Assembly (NCBI GenBank): GCA_965228735.1
Contig: OZ245838.1
Location: 5,856,001 to 5,920,000, forward strand
Direction of reading: 5' to 3'
DNA: 64,000 nt
Source of the DNA: Planctomycetota bacterium
GTDB lineage: Bacteria; Planctomycetota; UBA1135; UBA2386
Shown here: positions 27,628 through 37,101 of the stretch, piece after piece
How the letters are laid out: every line of letters begins with the position of its first letter
How positions within the stretch are numbered: the stretch's first letter is position 1
Made by a program: the position numbers and the translations under genes
The notes under the pieces: generated by a model
The model's input: the letters and a program-made list of their open reading frames with translations, nothing else
Told to the model about the DNA's origin: nothing
Databases searched by the model: none

Positions 27628-29992
27628 CTCCACCGTCACCGAGACCCGCCGCATCGTCTACGACGATGGCGCGGTGCGCGGCTTCGTCTGGGCCAGCGTG
27701 TTCTGGGGCCTGGTCGGCCTGCTGGTCGGCCTCGTCATCGCGCTGCAGCTCAGCTTCCCACAGCTCAACTTCGACACCTCGTTCCTGACCTTCGGGCGCC
27801 TGCGGCCGCTGCACACCAACGCGGTCATCTTCGCGCTGGTCGGCAACATGATGTTCGCGGGCATCTACTACAGCTCGCAGCGTCTGCTCAAGACCCGCAT
27901 GGCGTCGGACCTGCTCACCAAGGTCCACCTCTGGGGCTGGCAGCTGATCATCCTCGGCGCGGCGATCACGCTGCCGCTCGGGATAACGCAGAGCAAGGAG
28001 TACGCGGAGCTCGAGTGGTTCCTCGACCTGCTCGTCGTCGTGGTGTGGGTCGCGTTCGCGATCAACTACTTCTGGACCCTCAAGATCCGGAACGAGAAGA
28101 ACCTCTACGTCGCGATCTGGTTCTACATCTCGACGATCCTGACGATCGCCGTCCTCTACATCGTCAACAACCTGGCGCTGCCGGTCACGGGGACGAAGAG
28201 CTACGGCGTCTTCAGCGGCGCGCAGGACGCGTTGACGCAGTGGTGGTACGGCCACAACGCGGTCGCGTTCTTCCTGACGACGCCGATCCTCGGGATCATG
28301 TACTACTTCCTGCCGAAGGCGGCAGGGCGGCCGGTGTTCTCCTACCGGCTGTCGATCGTGCACTTCTGGGCCCTGGTGTTCATCTACATCTGGGCCGGCC
28401 CGCACCACCTGCTCAACACCGCGCTGCCCGACTGGGCGCAGTCGCTCGGCATGCTGTTCAGCCTCATGCTGTGGGCGCCGTCGTGGGGCGGCATGCTCAA
28501 CGGGCTGCTGACGCTGCGTGGCGCGTGGCACAAGGTGCGCACGGATCCCGTCCTCAAGTTCTTCGTCGCCGGCGTGACGTTCTACGGCATGGCGACGTTC
28601 GAGGGCCCGCTGCTGTCGATCAAGGCCGTCAGCGCGCTCGGTCACTACACCGACTGGATCATCGGCCACGTCCACAGCGGCGCGCTCGGCTGGAACGGCT
28701 TCATGGCCGCCGGCATGTTCTACTGGCTCGTCCCCAGACTGTTCGGGACCAAGCTCTACAGCACCAAGCTCGCCGACTACCACTTCTGGCTCGGCATGAT
28801 CGGCATCCTGCTCTACGTCGCGTCGATGTGGGTCAGCGGCATCAGCCAGGGCTTGATGTGGCGCGCCGAGTCGACGGAGGGCGTGCTCCAGTACACCAAC
28901 TGGAGCGAGATCATCAGCAGCCAGCAGTTCATGTTTTACGTCCGCAGCATCGGCGGCGGCATGTTCCTCGTGGGCTGGCTCATGATGGTGATCAACCTGA
29001 TCTTCACCGCCATGAGCGGCAAGAAGACGGACGTCGAGGTCGAGGTCACGGTGATGCGGCCGGTGACGGTTGCCGAAGCCCAGCCGTCGATGGCGCTAAT
29101 CAGGAGCAAGCCCGTCGTCGTCACGGTGATCGGCATGCTCGCCGCGACGATGTTCGCGATGCCCAACATCGGGCTCGCCGTCGTCGGTCTGATCCTGATC
29201 GTCGCGATCGTGGCCTACGTGGCCATGATGCTGTTCCACACGACGGGCAAGGGCAAGCACGGCTGGCACGAGCAGATCGAGAAGCGCCCGCTCGCGTTCT
29301 CCGTGCTGACGCTCTTCGCGATCCTCGTCGGCGGCGTCTACGAGCTCGTGCCGGGCCTCGTCGCCGACAAGGAGGTCCCGCTCGCCGCCAACGGCAAGCG
29401 CACGGTCGAGCCCTACACGGCGCTCGAGCTCACGGGGCGCGACATCTACGTGCGCGAGGGTTGCTACGTCTGCCACTCGCAGATGATCCGGCCGTTCCGC
29501 ACGGAGGTGCTGCGCTACAAGCACTCGGATCCCCAGTACATGAACGGCCCGAGCCGGCTCGAGGAGTCGATGTGGGACCACCCGTTCCAGTGGGGCAGCA
29601 AGCGCACGGGGCCGGACCTCGCGCGGGTCGGGCCGAAGTACGGCGCGAGCTGGCACTGGAACCACATGTACGAACCGCGCGTGGTCTACGAGACGTCGAT
29701 CATGCCGGCCTACCCGTGGCTGTACGACGCGGTCACCGATCCGGCGATCGCCGCGGACAAGATGAGCGTGCTGCAACGGCTCGGCGTGCCCTACACGGAC
29801 GCGCAGATCCAGAGCGCCGAGGCCGACTATGCGGCGCAGGCCGACAAGGTCGTGAAGGAGCTCGCGGCGGCGCAGATCGAAGCCGAAGGTGACAAGGAGA
29901 TCATCGCGCTGATCGCCTACCTCTTGCGGCTCGGCCGCAACCTCTTGCCTGCGAACGACGCGCAGCAGGCCGCCATCGACGGAGGCAACTAG
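27620..29992 (+). CDS. ccoN: Fused cbb3-type cytochrome c oxidase subunits I and II (CcoNO), 790 aa
   Basis: GRLRPLHTN, WWYGHNAV, WAGPHH, HVHSG (CcoN); GRDIYVREGCYVCHSQMIRP, WGSKRTGPDL, SIMPAYPWL (CcoO). Confidence 0.96.
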   Translation: MTDSTVTETRRIVYDDGAVRGFVWASVFWGLVGLLVGLVIALQLSFPQLNFDTSFLTFGRLRPLHTNAVIFALVGNMMFAGIYYSSQRLLKTRMASDLLTKVHLWGWQLIILGAAITLPLGITQSKEYAELEWFLDLLVVVVWVAFAINYFWTLKIRNEKNLYVAIWFYISTILTIAVLYIVNNLALPVTGTKSYGVFSGAQDALTQWWYGHNAVAFFLTTPILGIMYYFLPKAAGRPVFSYRLSIVHFWALVFIYIWAGPHHLLNTALPDWAQSLGMLFSLMLWAPSWGGMLNGLLTLRGAWHKVRTDPVLKFFVAGVTFYGMATFEGPLLSIKAVSALGHYTDWIIGHVHSGALGWNGFMAAGMFYWLVPRLFGTKLYSTKLADYHFWLGMIGILLYVASMWVSGISQGLMWRAESTEGVLQYTNWSEIISSQQFMFYVRSIGGGMFLVGWLMMVINLIFTAMSGKKTDVEVEVTVMRPVTVAEAQPSMALIRSKPVVVTVIGMLAATMFAMPNIGLAVVGLILIVAIVAYVAMMLFHTTGKGKHGWHEQIEKRPLAFSVLTLFAILVGGVYELVPGLVADKEVPLAANGKRTVEPYTALELTGRDIYVREGCYVCHSQMIRPFRTEVLRYKHSDPQYMNGPSRLEESMWDHPFQWGSKRTGPDLARVGPKYGASWHWNHMYEPRVVYETSIMPAYPWLYDAVTDPAIAADKMSVLQRLGVPYTDAQIQSAEADYAAQADKVVKELAAAQIEAEGDKEIIALIAYLLRLGRNLLPANDAQQAAIDGGN

Positions 29993-29993
29993 G

Positions 29994-30176
29994 ATGTTCA
30001 AGGAGTTCTTCAGCGGCGGGTCGCTGTTCGACCTGCCACTCATCGCGATGGCGATCTTCATCGCGTTCTTCCTCGCCGTGCTCGTGCGCGTGCTGCAGAA
30101 GAGCCGGCGCCCGCAGTACGACCACATGGCGTCCCTGCCCCTGGGCGATGACGAAGGCGAAGGAGGCCGGTCATGA
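29994..30176 (+). CDS. ccoQ: cbb3 oxidase small subunit CcoQ
   Basis: 60 aa, single TM, YDHMASLPL; lies between ccoO and ccoP. Confidence 0.75.
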   Translation: MFKEFFSGGSLFDLPLIAMAIFIAFFLAVLVRVLQKSRRPQYDHMASLPLGDDEGEGGRS

Positions 30177-30769
30177 GCAGCGCCGACGTTCGCGAACACA
30201 CGTTCGACGGGATCGAGGAGTTCGACAACCGGCTGCCCAACTGGTGGCTGTGGACGTTCTACCTCGCCTGCATCTTCTCCGTGGGCTACTGGGTTCACTA
30301 CCACACGCTCGGCACGGGCGCGCAGCCCGAGCAGGCGTACGCGGCCGAGCAGGCGCGGGTCGCCGCGATCCTCGAGCAGCGCGCGGCCAACAACCCCGTG
30401 ACGCGCGAGAGCCTGATCGAGATGGTCGGCAACGCCGACATCGTGAGCAAAGGGCGCGAGATCTTCCAGGACGCCAACAACTGTGCGCAGTGTCACGCGG
30501 CCAACGGCGCCGGCAAGGAAGGCCTCGGGCCCAACCTCACGGACGAGTACTGGGTCTACGGCAACGATCCGATGACGATCTACGAGACGATCCTCAAGGG
30601 TCGCAACCCCGATCCGGAGAAGGGCTTCGTCGGCGGCATGCTCGCCCACGAGTTCCGCGGTCGGCAGTTCGTGCTGCGCGCGACGGTCTACGTGCTGTCG
30701 ATCATGAACACGAACGTGCCCGGTCGGCCCCCGGAGGCGAACGCGAAGAAGATGGAGCGGCCGTTCTGA
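30173..30769 (+). CDS. ccoP: cbb3 oxidase subunit III CcoP, short monoheme form
   Basis: HTFDGIEEFDNRLPNWW N-terminus, single CAQCH, GPNLTD, GGM distal ligand. Confidence 0.9.
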   Translation: MSSADVREHTFDGIEEFDNRLPNWWLWTFYLACIFSVGYWVHYHTLGTGAQPEQAYAAEQARVAAILEQRAANNPVTRESLIEMVGNADIVSKGREIFQDANNCAQCHAANGAGKEGLGPNLTDEYWVYGNDPMTIYETILKGRNPDPEKGFVGGMLAHEFRGRQFVLRATVYVLSIMNTNVPGRPPEANAKKMERPF

Positions 30770-30794
30770 CCCGATCGGCGTCGCCGCAGACCAC

Positions 30795-32234
30795 GTGACC
30801 ACCGAAAGCACCGACAAGTCCAAGGTCGTCAAGGGGCGCGCGCCCGTGCGCCGCCCCGACGTCGACACGCTGTTCAGCATCAACGCGGACGGCTCGCGCA
30901 ACGTCATCCACCCGGCCGACGTCAAGGGCCGCTTCCAATGGCGCAAGCACGCCATGTGGTACGTGATGCTCGCGATCTACGTCGCGGTGCCGTGGCTCGA
31001 GATCGGCGGCCATCCGGTGCTCCTGTTCGATATCGAGCGCCGGCACTTCTTCCTGCTCGGGCAGGCGTTCAACGCGCAGGACGTCTGGTTCGCGTTCTTC
31101 TTCATCTCCGGGCTGGGCTTCGGGCTGTTCGTCGTCGCGGCGCTCTTCGGACGTGTGTGGTGTGGCTATGCCTGTCCGCAGACCGTGTTCCTCGAAGGGT
31201 TGTTCCGCCGGATCGAGCGCTGGATCGAGGGGCCGGCGGCAGCGCGGGCCAAGCTGGACAAGGCGCCGATGAGCCCGCAGAAGGCGCTGCGCCGCGGTGC
31301 GAAGATGGTCGTCTTCTTCGGGCTCGCCGCGGCGATCACGCATTCGTTCCTCGGCTACTTCATGCCCGTGCGCGACGTCGTCGCGGCGATGACGTCGTCG
31401 CCGGCGGAGAATCCGATCGCGTTCACGTTCATCGCGATCTCGACGGTGATCCTGTTCGTGAACTTCACCTGGTTCCGCGAGCAGCTTTGCATTGCGATCT
31501 GCCCGTACGGCCGGCTGCAGGGCGCGCTCTACGACGTCGACACCGTGGTCGTCGGCTACGACGGCAAGCGCGGCGAGCCGCGCGGGAGTGCCGGCACGGT
31601 CGGGGCGGGTGACTGCGTCGACTGCTACCGCTGCGTCGCGGTCTGCCCGACGGGAATCGACATCCGCAACGGCACCCAGCTCGAGTGCGTCGGCTGCGCC
31701 AACTGCATCGACGCGTGCGATGCGGTGATGGACAAGCTCGAGCGGCCGCGCGGGCTCGTCCGCTACGACAGCCAACGCGGATTCGAGACGGGTGTGCGGC
31801 GGTTCTTTCGCGGCCGGGTGGCGTTCTACGGCGTCCTGATGCTGCTCGGCGTCGGCGCGTTCGCGCTGGCCACGACGGCGCGGCGACCGTTCGACGCCAA
31901 CCTCGTGCGGGCCCGCGGCACGACCTACGTGATCGAGAACGGCCGCATCCACAACACGTTCGACCTGCACCTCGTCAACAAGCGGACGGCCGATCGGCGC
32001 TTCGTCGTCGTCGCGGAGCCGCAGGACGGCGTCGAGGTCGTGCTCGGGACCGCGGAGGTCACGCTCGCTTCGCTCGACGAACTGACGTTCCCCGTGCACG
32101 TGTTCGTCGCGGAGGACGTGTATCGACGGGGGATGCGCTGTCGGGTGACGGTGCGATGCGAGACGCTCGCGGGCGACCTCGATGTCGAGCTCGACGACGA
32201 CGCGCCGTTGCTCGGGCCGTTCCGGCGCGAGTAG
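30795..32234 (+). CDS. ccoG: Cytochrome c oxidase accessory protein CcoG/FixG
   Basis: GRVWCGYACPQT, CIAICPYG, CVDCYRCVAVCPTGIDIR, CVGCANCIDAC. Confidence 0.95.
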   Translation: MTTESTDKSKVVKGRAPVRRPDVDTLFSINADGSRNVIHPADVKGRFQWRKHAMWYVMLAIYVAVPWLEIGGHPVLLFDIERRHFFLLGQAFNAQDVWFAFFFISGLGFGLFVVAALFGRVWCGYACPQTVFLEGLFRRIERWIEGPAAARAKLDKAPMSPQKALRRGAKMVVFFGLAAAITHSFLGYFMPVRDVVAAMTSSPAENPIAFTFIAISTVILFVNFTWFREQLCIAICPYGRLQGALYDVDTVVVGYDGKRGEPRGSAGTVGAGDCVDCYRCVAVCPTGIDIRNGTQLECVGCANCIDACDAVMDKLERPRGLVRYDSQRGFETGVRRFFRGRVAFYGVLMLLGVGAFALATTARRPFDANLVRARGTTYVIENGRIHNTFDLHLVNKRTADRRFVVVAEPQDGVEVVLGTAEVTLASLDELTFPVHVFVAEDVYRRGMRCRVTVRCETLAGDLDVELDDDAPLLGPFRRE

Positions 32235-32240
32235 CCGCGC

Positions 32241-33485
32241 TCAGTCGGCCTGCGGCAGCGCGACCTTCAGCGTCGTCCCCGCGGTGCTCGTGGCGAGGAT
32301 CGTGAGTCGGCCGCCGCAGCTCTCGATCAGACTGCGGCTGATCGAGAGGCCGAGGCCCGTGCCGCCGCTCGCGCGCTTCGTCGTGACGAACGGTTCGAAT
32401 ACCCGGTGGATGATGCTCTGCGGGATGCCGGGGCCGTTGTCCTCGACGGTCAGGAAGACGTGTTCGCCGTCGACGCCGCCGCGGATCCGCACGCGCCGGT
32501 CGACCTCTCGTTCCCGGACCGCGTCCTTGGCGTTGAGCAGCAGGTTGAGCAGCACCTGCTGCAGCTGTGACGGGCGCGCCATCGCGGTCGGCAGGTCCGC
32601 TGGAACCGTGACCTCGAGCTCGATGCCGTGGCGCCGCAGATTCTCGCCGAACAGCCCGACGGTGCGTGCGACCACCTTCGGCAGCGCGGTCTCCTCGAGG
32701 GCGTCGGCCTGTGGCTGGCGGCCGCTGCTGGCCGCGAACTCGAGCAGGTCGCGCACGATCTCGGCGATGCGCTGGCCCTCCTCCATCACGATGCGACTGT
32801 TCTCCTGGGGGTCGTCGCCGTCCTGGATCAGCTGCGCACAGTTGATCATCGTGTTGATCGGATTGTTGACCTCGTGCGCGACGCCGGCCGCGAGCTCGCC
32901 GATCGCTGCGAGGCGCTCGGCCTGGGTCAGCTTGCTCTGCATCTCGTAGCGTTCGGTCAGGTCGGTCAGAACGGCGACGAAGAACTGTGCACCCTCGACC
33001 CAGCCCTCGCCGACGGAGAGATCGATCGGGAACGTCGACCCGTCCTTGCGAAGGGCCTCGACCTCGCGGCCGATGCCGATGATGCGCTTCTCGCGCGTTT
33101 CCCGGTAGCGTCGGATGTAACCGTCGTGCTCCGAACTGAACGGCTCCGGCATCAGGATCTTCGCGTTTCGCCCGAGCACCTCGGCGGCGGTCCAGCCGAA
33201 CATCCGTTCGGCCGCGCCGTTGAACGTCTCGATGAGGCCCGTGGCGTCGATCGTCACGATGCCGGCCGTCGCGGTGTCGAGCACCGCTTGGCCGCGGGCG
33301 ACCGGACCCGTCACCTCGCGCGGCAGTCGCCCAGCGATGAGCGGCATCAGCGCGGCACCGAGACACGTGCCCGCGCCGAGGCCGAGAAGCAAGGCCTGGG
33401 AACTCTCGTGGGCCCAGATGCCGCCCATGAGCAGGGCTGCGCCGGCGGCGAGCCCGGGCCAGACGATGACGCGCAGCCGGTCCAT
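32241..33485 (-). CDS. FixL-like heme-PAS sensor histidine kinase
   Basis: Two N-terminal TMs; PAS ILMPEPFSSEHDGYIRRY..IIGIGREV..RKDGSTFP; H-box AHEVNNP; N and G boxes NAKDA, DNGPGI, GTGLGL. Confidence 0.88.
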   Translation of the reverse strand: MDRLRVIVWPGLAAGAALLMGGIWAHESSQALLLGLGAGTCLGAALMPLIAGRLPREVTGPVARGQAVLDTATAGIVTIDATGLIETFNGAAERMFGWTAAEVLGRNAKILMPEPFSSEHDGYIRRYRETREKRIIGIGREVEALRKDGSTFPIDLSVGEGWVEGAQFFVAVLTDLTERYEMQSKLTQAERLAAIGELAAGVAHEVNNPINTMINCAQLIQDGDDPQENSRIVMEEGQRIAEIVRDLLEFAASSGRQPQADALEETALPKVVARTVGLFGENLRRHGIELEVTVPADLPTAMARPSQLQQVLLNLLLNAKDAVREREVDRRVRIRGGVDGEHVFLTVEDNGPGIPQSIIHRVFEPFVTTKRASGGTGLGLSISRSLIESCGGRLTILATSTAGTTLKVALPQAD

Positions 33486-33592
33486 TCGAGTCAGCCTACT
33501 CCCACCGGGGGCCCGAGACATACGTCGATTGGGCTCGGGAACTACGCAACTAGGCCCGTGTCGAGCCTCGCCGGCATGGGCACAATAGAGGC

Positions 33593-34738
33593 GTGGCCCG
33601 GATCGTGATTCTCGACGACGAAGAGCGTCTGTTGCGGACGCTCGCTCGGTTCGTCGGTCACGAGGGCCACGAGATCGTCACCGGGACGCGGTTCGCCGAC
33701 GTCGAACGTGAACTCTACCCCGGCCAGTTCGACCTGTTGCTGACCGACATCGTCATGCCGGGGACCGACGGCATGGCGGTGCTGCGCGAGGTCGTGCAGG
33801 TGCGCGAGTGTCACGAGCCCGTCGTTCTCGTCACCGGCCAACCGAGCCTGGACACAGCGTCCGAGGCGGTGCGCAGCGGTGCGTTCGATTACATCAGCAA
33901 GCCGATCACGAAGGGTCGGTTGCTCGAGGTCGTGACGCGTGGGCTGCGACACGTCGAGCTGCTCCGCGAACGTGACCGGGCGATCGCGACCGAGATGGAC
34001 GTGCTGCGCAACCTCGCCAAGCTCGGCGAGTCGGCGTCGGTGCTCAGCCACGAGATCCGGACGCCGATCACGAGTCTGCGGCATGCTCTGCGGGCCGTCG
34101 GCGAGAAGCTCGGGCTGTCGGACCGGCAGATCGTCGAGGAGCACATCAAGAACCTCGAGCACATCGAAGGGTTGCTCAACTCGGCGCTCTCGCTGGTGCG
34201 GCCGTTGCCGCTCGACCGGCGGGCGGTGCGGTTCACGAGGGTCGTGCAGGACGCGCTCACGACGCTGCGCGGCCTGCCGGTGGCCGAGCGGCTGTCCGTG
34301 ACCGTGGAGGTGCCGGAGGACCTCGTCGTCGACATCGATCCGGCGCTGTTCCAGGACGCGCTGATCAACCTGTTGCGCAACGCGGCGGAGGCCGGTTCGG
34401 GCGAGGTCCACGCCACCGTGCGCGGCGCCGTGGTCGGCGACAGCGGGTCGGCGTGGACGGTCGAGGTCACGGACGACGGCCCTGGCGTGCCGCGCGACAA
34501 GCGCGGAGAAATCTTCCGCCCGTTCCGGAGTTTCAAGAATGGCGGCACGGGCATCGGGCTCGCGTTCGTCCGCAAGGTCGTCGAGTCACACGACGGCACC
34601 ATCGATCTCCTCGATCGGGCCGATCGGGCCGACCTCGACGGTCTCGGGGCCTGCTTCCGGATTCGGATGCCGGCGGCAACGCGCCCCATTGGCAACCTCG
34701 AGACCGACACCGTCGGGCTCCGGAGGCAGCATGACTGA
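33593..34738 (+). CDS. Hybrid receiver-histidine kinase
   Basis: REC ILDDE..TDIVMP..KP; SHEIRTP; NAAEA, DDGPG, GTGIGL. Confidence 0.9.
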   Translation: MARIVILDDEERLLRTLARFVGHEGHEIVTGTRFADVERELYPGQFDLLLTDIVMPGTDGMAVLREVVQVRECHEPVVLVTGQPSLDTASEAVRSGAFDYISKPITKGRLLEVVTRGLRHVELLRERDRAIATEMDVLRNLAKLGESASVLSHEIRTPITSLRHALRAVGEKLGLSDRQIVEEHIKNLEHIEGLLNSALSLVRPLPLDRRAVRFTRVVQDALTTLRGLPVAERLSVTVEVPEDLVVDIDPALFQDALINLLRNAAEAGSGEVHATVRGAVVGDSGSAWTVEVTDDGPGVPRDKRGEIFRPFRSFKNGGTGIGLAFVRKVVESHDGTIDLLDRADRADLDGLGACFRIRMPAATRPIGNLETDTVGLRRQHD

Positions 34739-35396
34739 CAAGACAGAGATCTCGCTCGTTCTCGTGGACGACCAGGCGATCGTGCGGGCGGCGTTCCGGT
34801 CGCTGCTCGAGCGCGTGCCGCACTTCCGGGTGCTCGCGGACTTCGGCGATGCCCGTGAAGCGATCGCGGCCGTCGCGGAGTTGCGGCCGGACATCGTCAT
34901 GCTCGACATCACGATGCCGGGGCTCTCGGGGCTCGACGCGGTTGGCCCGATCAAGCAGAGTTCGCCGAGCACGCGGGTGATGATGGCCTCGCAGAACGAG
35001 GGCCAGAAGTTCGTGCGTCAGGCGCTCATGGCGGGCGCCGACGGCTACCTGTCGAAGGACAGCGAGCCCGAGGAACTGGCGATCGCGATCGAGGCGATCC
35101 ACCGCGGCGACTCGTATCTGTCGCCCAAGGTCGCCGGCCGCCTCGTCACGCAGGTGGCGCGCGGCGAATCGCTCGCGACCGACGACGGCAGCGCGCTCGC
35201 CGTGCTCACGCCGCGCGAGCGCGAGGTCTTTCAGCTGCTCGCGATCGGCAAGGCCAACAAGCAGATCGCGCAGGAGCTCGACCTCTCACTCGGGACCGTC
35301 AAGAAGCACCGCGAAAACCTGCAGCGCAAGCTCGACTGCCACTCCGCCGCCGAACTCGCCCGGCTCGCGATCCGCGAGGGCCTGCTGAGCGTCTGA
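34731..35396 (+). CDS. NarL/LuxR-family response regulator
   Basis: VDDQ, LDITMPG, GYLSK; LuxR HTH LTPREREV..NKQIAQEL..TVKKHR. Confidence 0.92.
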   Translation: MTDKTEISLVLVDDQAIVRAAFRSLLERVPHFRVLADFGDAREAIAAVAELRPDIVMLDITMPGLSGLDAVGPIKQSSPSTRVMMASQNEGQKFVRQALMAGADGYLSKDSEPEELAIAIEAIHRGDSYLSPKVAGRLVTQVARGESLATDDGSALAVLTPREREVFQLLAIGKANKQIAQELDLSLGTVKKHRENLQRKLDCHSAAELARLAIREGLLSV

Positions 35397-35589
35397 CGCC
35401 GTACGGAACCTGGTTCATGCTGCCGTACGGAACCTGGTTCATGCTGCCGGCCGCGAGGGCGTTGTCTCGCGAGCGTCTGACGCCGTACGGAACCTGGTTC
35501 ATGCTGCCGGCCGCGAGGGCGTTGTCTCGCGGGTCGCGTTGCGGCGGCCGGCAGCATGAACCAGGTTCCGTACGGTCGGTTCCGTACGG
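35387..35589. repeat. REP-like cluster of direct and inverted repeats
   Basis: CCGTACGGAACCTGGTTCATGCTG at 35399, 35423 and 35483, one inverted copy at about 35552-35575 and a partial at 35578-35589. Confidence 0.85.
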
Positions 35590-36030
35590 TCAGTCTTCCT
35601 TCGCGCGGACCGTCAGCACGGGGATCTCGGACATGCGGACGATGCGTTCGGCGGTGCTGCCGAGCAGCATGTGCTTGATGCCCGTGTGGCCGTGCGTGCC
35701 GATCACGATGAGGTCGCAGTCGTTGTCCGTGGCGCAGCCGAGGACCTCGTCGTGGATGTCGCCGTGGCGCATCTCGGTGCGCACCGTGATGCCCTCGCCG
35801 AGCTTGGCCTTGGCCTCGTCGAGCTCCTCGGACGCGCGCTTCTGCATCTCGTCCTGCAGGTTGGGGAACGCCGTGACCGTGCCGAGACTGCGCATCGGGT
35901 AGGACAGCTCGGCGACGACGTGCAGCAGGATCACCTCCGCGCCGCAGGACTTGGCGAGACCGGCCGCGTAGTGCGCGGCCTGGGCGGCGGGGGCGGAGAA
36001 ATCGGTCGGGCAGACGATGCGGCGGAACAT
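35590..36030 (-). CDS. Universal stress protein (UspA family)
   Basis: IVCPTDFS, LLHVV, DLIVIGTHGHTG, LLGSTAERIVR..PVLTV. Confidence 0.93.
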   Translation of the reverse strand: MFRRIVCPTDFSAPAAQAAHYAAGLAKSCGAEVILLHVVAELSYPMRSLGTVTAFPNLQDEMQKRASEELDEAKAKLGEGITVRTEMRHGDIHDEVLGCATDNDCDLIVIGTHGHTGIKHMLLGSTAERIVRMSEIPVLTVRAKED

Positions 36031-36185
36031 GACCAGGAAAGCGGACCTCGCGCCGGCCGATTCCGCAAGTAGGCTCTTGTACCCATCTCCGGTCGCCGGG
36101 GTCGGCGGCCTGGCCCGTCCCTCCGCCCCCCGCTCGGGCCGGCCGCCCACCTCCTCCGCCTCTCCCGCAGCCAGTCCGTCCCGTC

Positions 36186-37049
36186 ATGGAACTCGAACCC
36201 GAAGGCATCGCTCCGCCGAGCGCGGACGCCGACGAACGGATCGGCGTTGCCATTCGTGAGATCGAGGCGCTGATCGACGACGAACGGTTCGAGGACGCGC
36301 TCGCCGCGATCGATCGGGCGACGGCGAGCGGTGCTGGCAACGAGCTCGACCTGGCCTACCTCGCCGGGGACGCCTGGCTCGCGATGGGGCGGGCGCGCGA
36401 GGCCGAGGACCGCTTCCGTGCCGTCCTCGCGATCGACCCGGACTGCCCCGCCTCGCGGTGCTGGCTCGCGCTCGCGCTGTTCCTGCAGTGGCGGTTCGAC
36501 GAGGCCGACGTCGCCGTCGCTGCGGCGCTCGAGCTGCGCGAGGTGCCCGCCGACGCCCACGTGGTCCGTGGCGCGCTGCTCGAGCGCGAGGGACGCTTCG
36601 ACGACGCGGAGCGCTGCTTCGAGGAGGCCCACGTCCGGTCGCCCGAGAAGCACCCGCTGCCGGTGCGGATGTCGCGCGCGGAGTTCGACCGCGAGGTCGA
36701 CCGGGCGGCCAGCCGCCTGCCGCGACAGTTCCGCAAGGCGCTCGACCGCGTCTCCGTGGTGCTCGAGGACCTGCCGGCCGACGAACTCGTCGACATCGGT
36801 GATCGTGACGAGCTCGCGCCCGACATGCTCGGGTTGTTCGACGGCATTCCGCTGTCCGAGACCAGCGCGCTCGGCGGTGGCGGTGACGACTGGCGGCCGA
36901 ACCGGATCTACCTGTTCCAGCGCAACCTCGAACGCGTCGCGCTCGACCGCGACGACCTGCGCGAGCAGATCCGCATCACGCTGTGGCACGAGCTCGGCCA
37001 CTATCTGGGTTTCGACGAGGACGGCGTCGACGACCTCGGGCTCGCGTGA
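36186..37049 (+). CDS. TPR plus Zincin_1-like metallopeptidase family protein
   Basis: N-terminal TPRs; LGLFDG, RIYLFQRN, HELGHYLG (HExxH). Confidence 0.85.
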   Translation: MELEPEGIAPPSADADERIGVAIREIEALIDDERFEDALAAIDRATASGAGNELDLAYLAGDAWLAMGRAREAEDRFRAVLAIDPDCPASRCWLALALFLQWRFDEADVAVAAALELREVPADAHVVRGALLEREGRFDDAERCFEEAHVRSPEKHPLPVRMSRAEFDREVDRAASRLPRQFRKALDRVSVVLEDLPADELVDIGDRDELAPDMLGLFDGIPLSETSALGGGGDDWRPNRIYLFQRNLERVALDRDDLREQIRITLWHELGHYLGFDEDGVDDLGLA

Positions 37050-37101
37050 ACCGTCCGACGCGCCCGGGGCACGAGAGGATCGCCGTGCCGGCGGCGATCG
37101 G

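Noticed and set aside
35387..35589. CRISPR array
   Set aside because: Units are adjacent or separated by repeated sequence, one is inverted, there are no unique spacers and no cas genes in the window.
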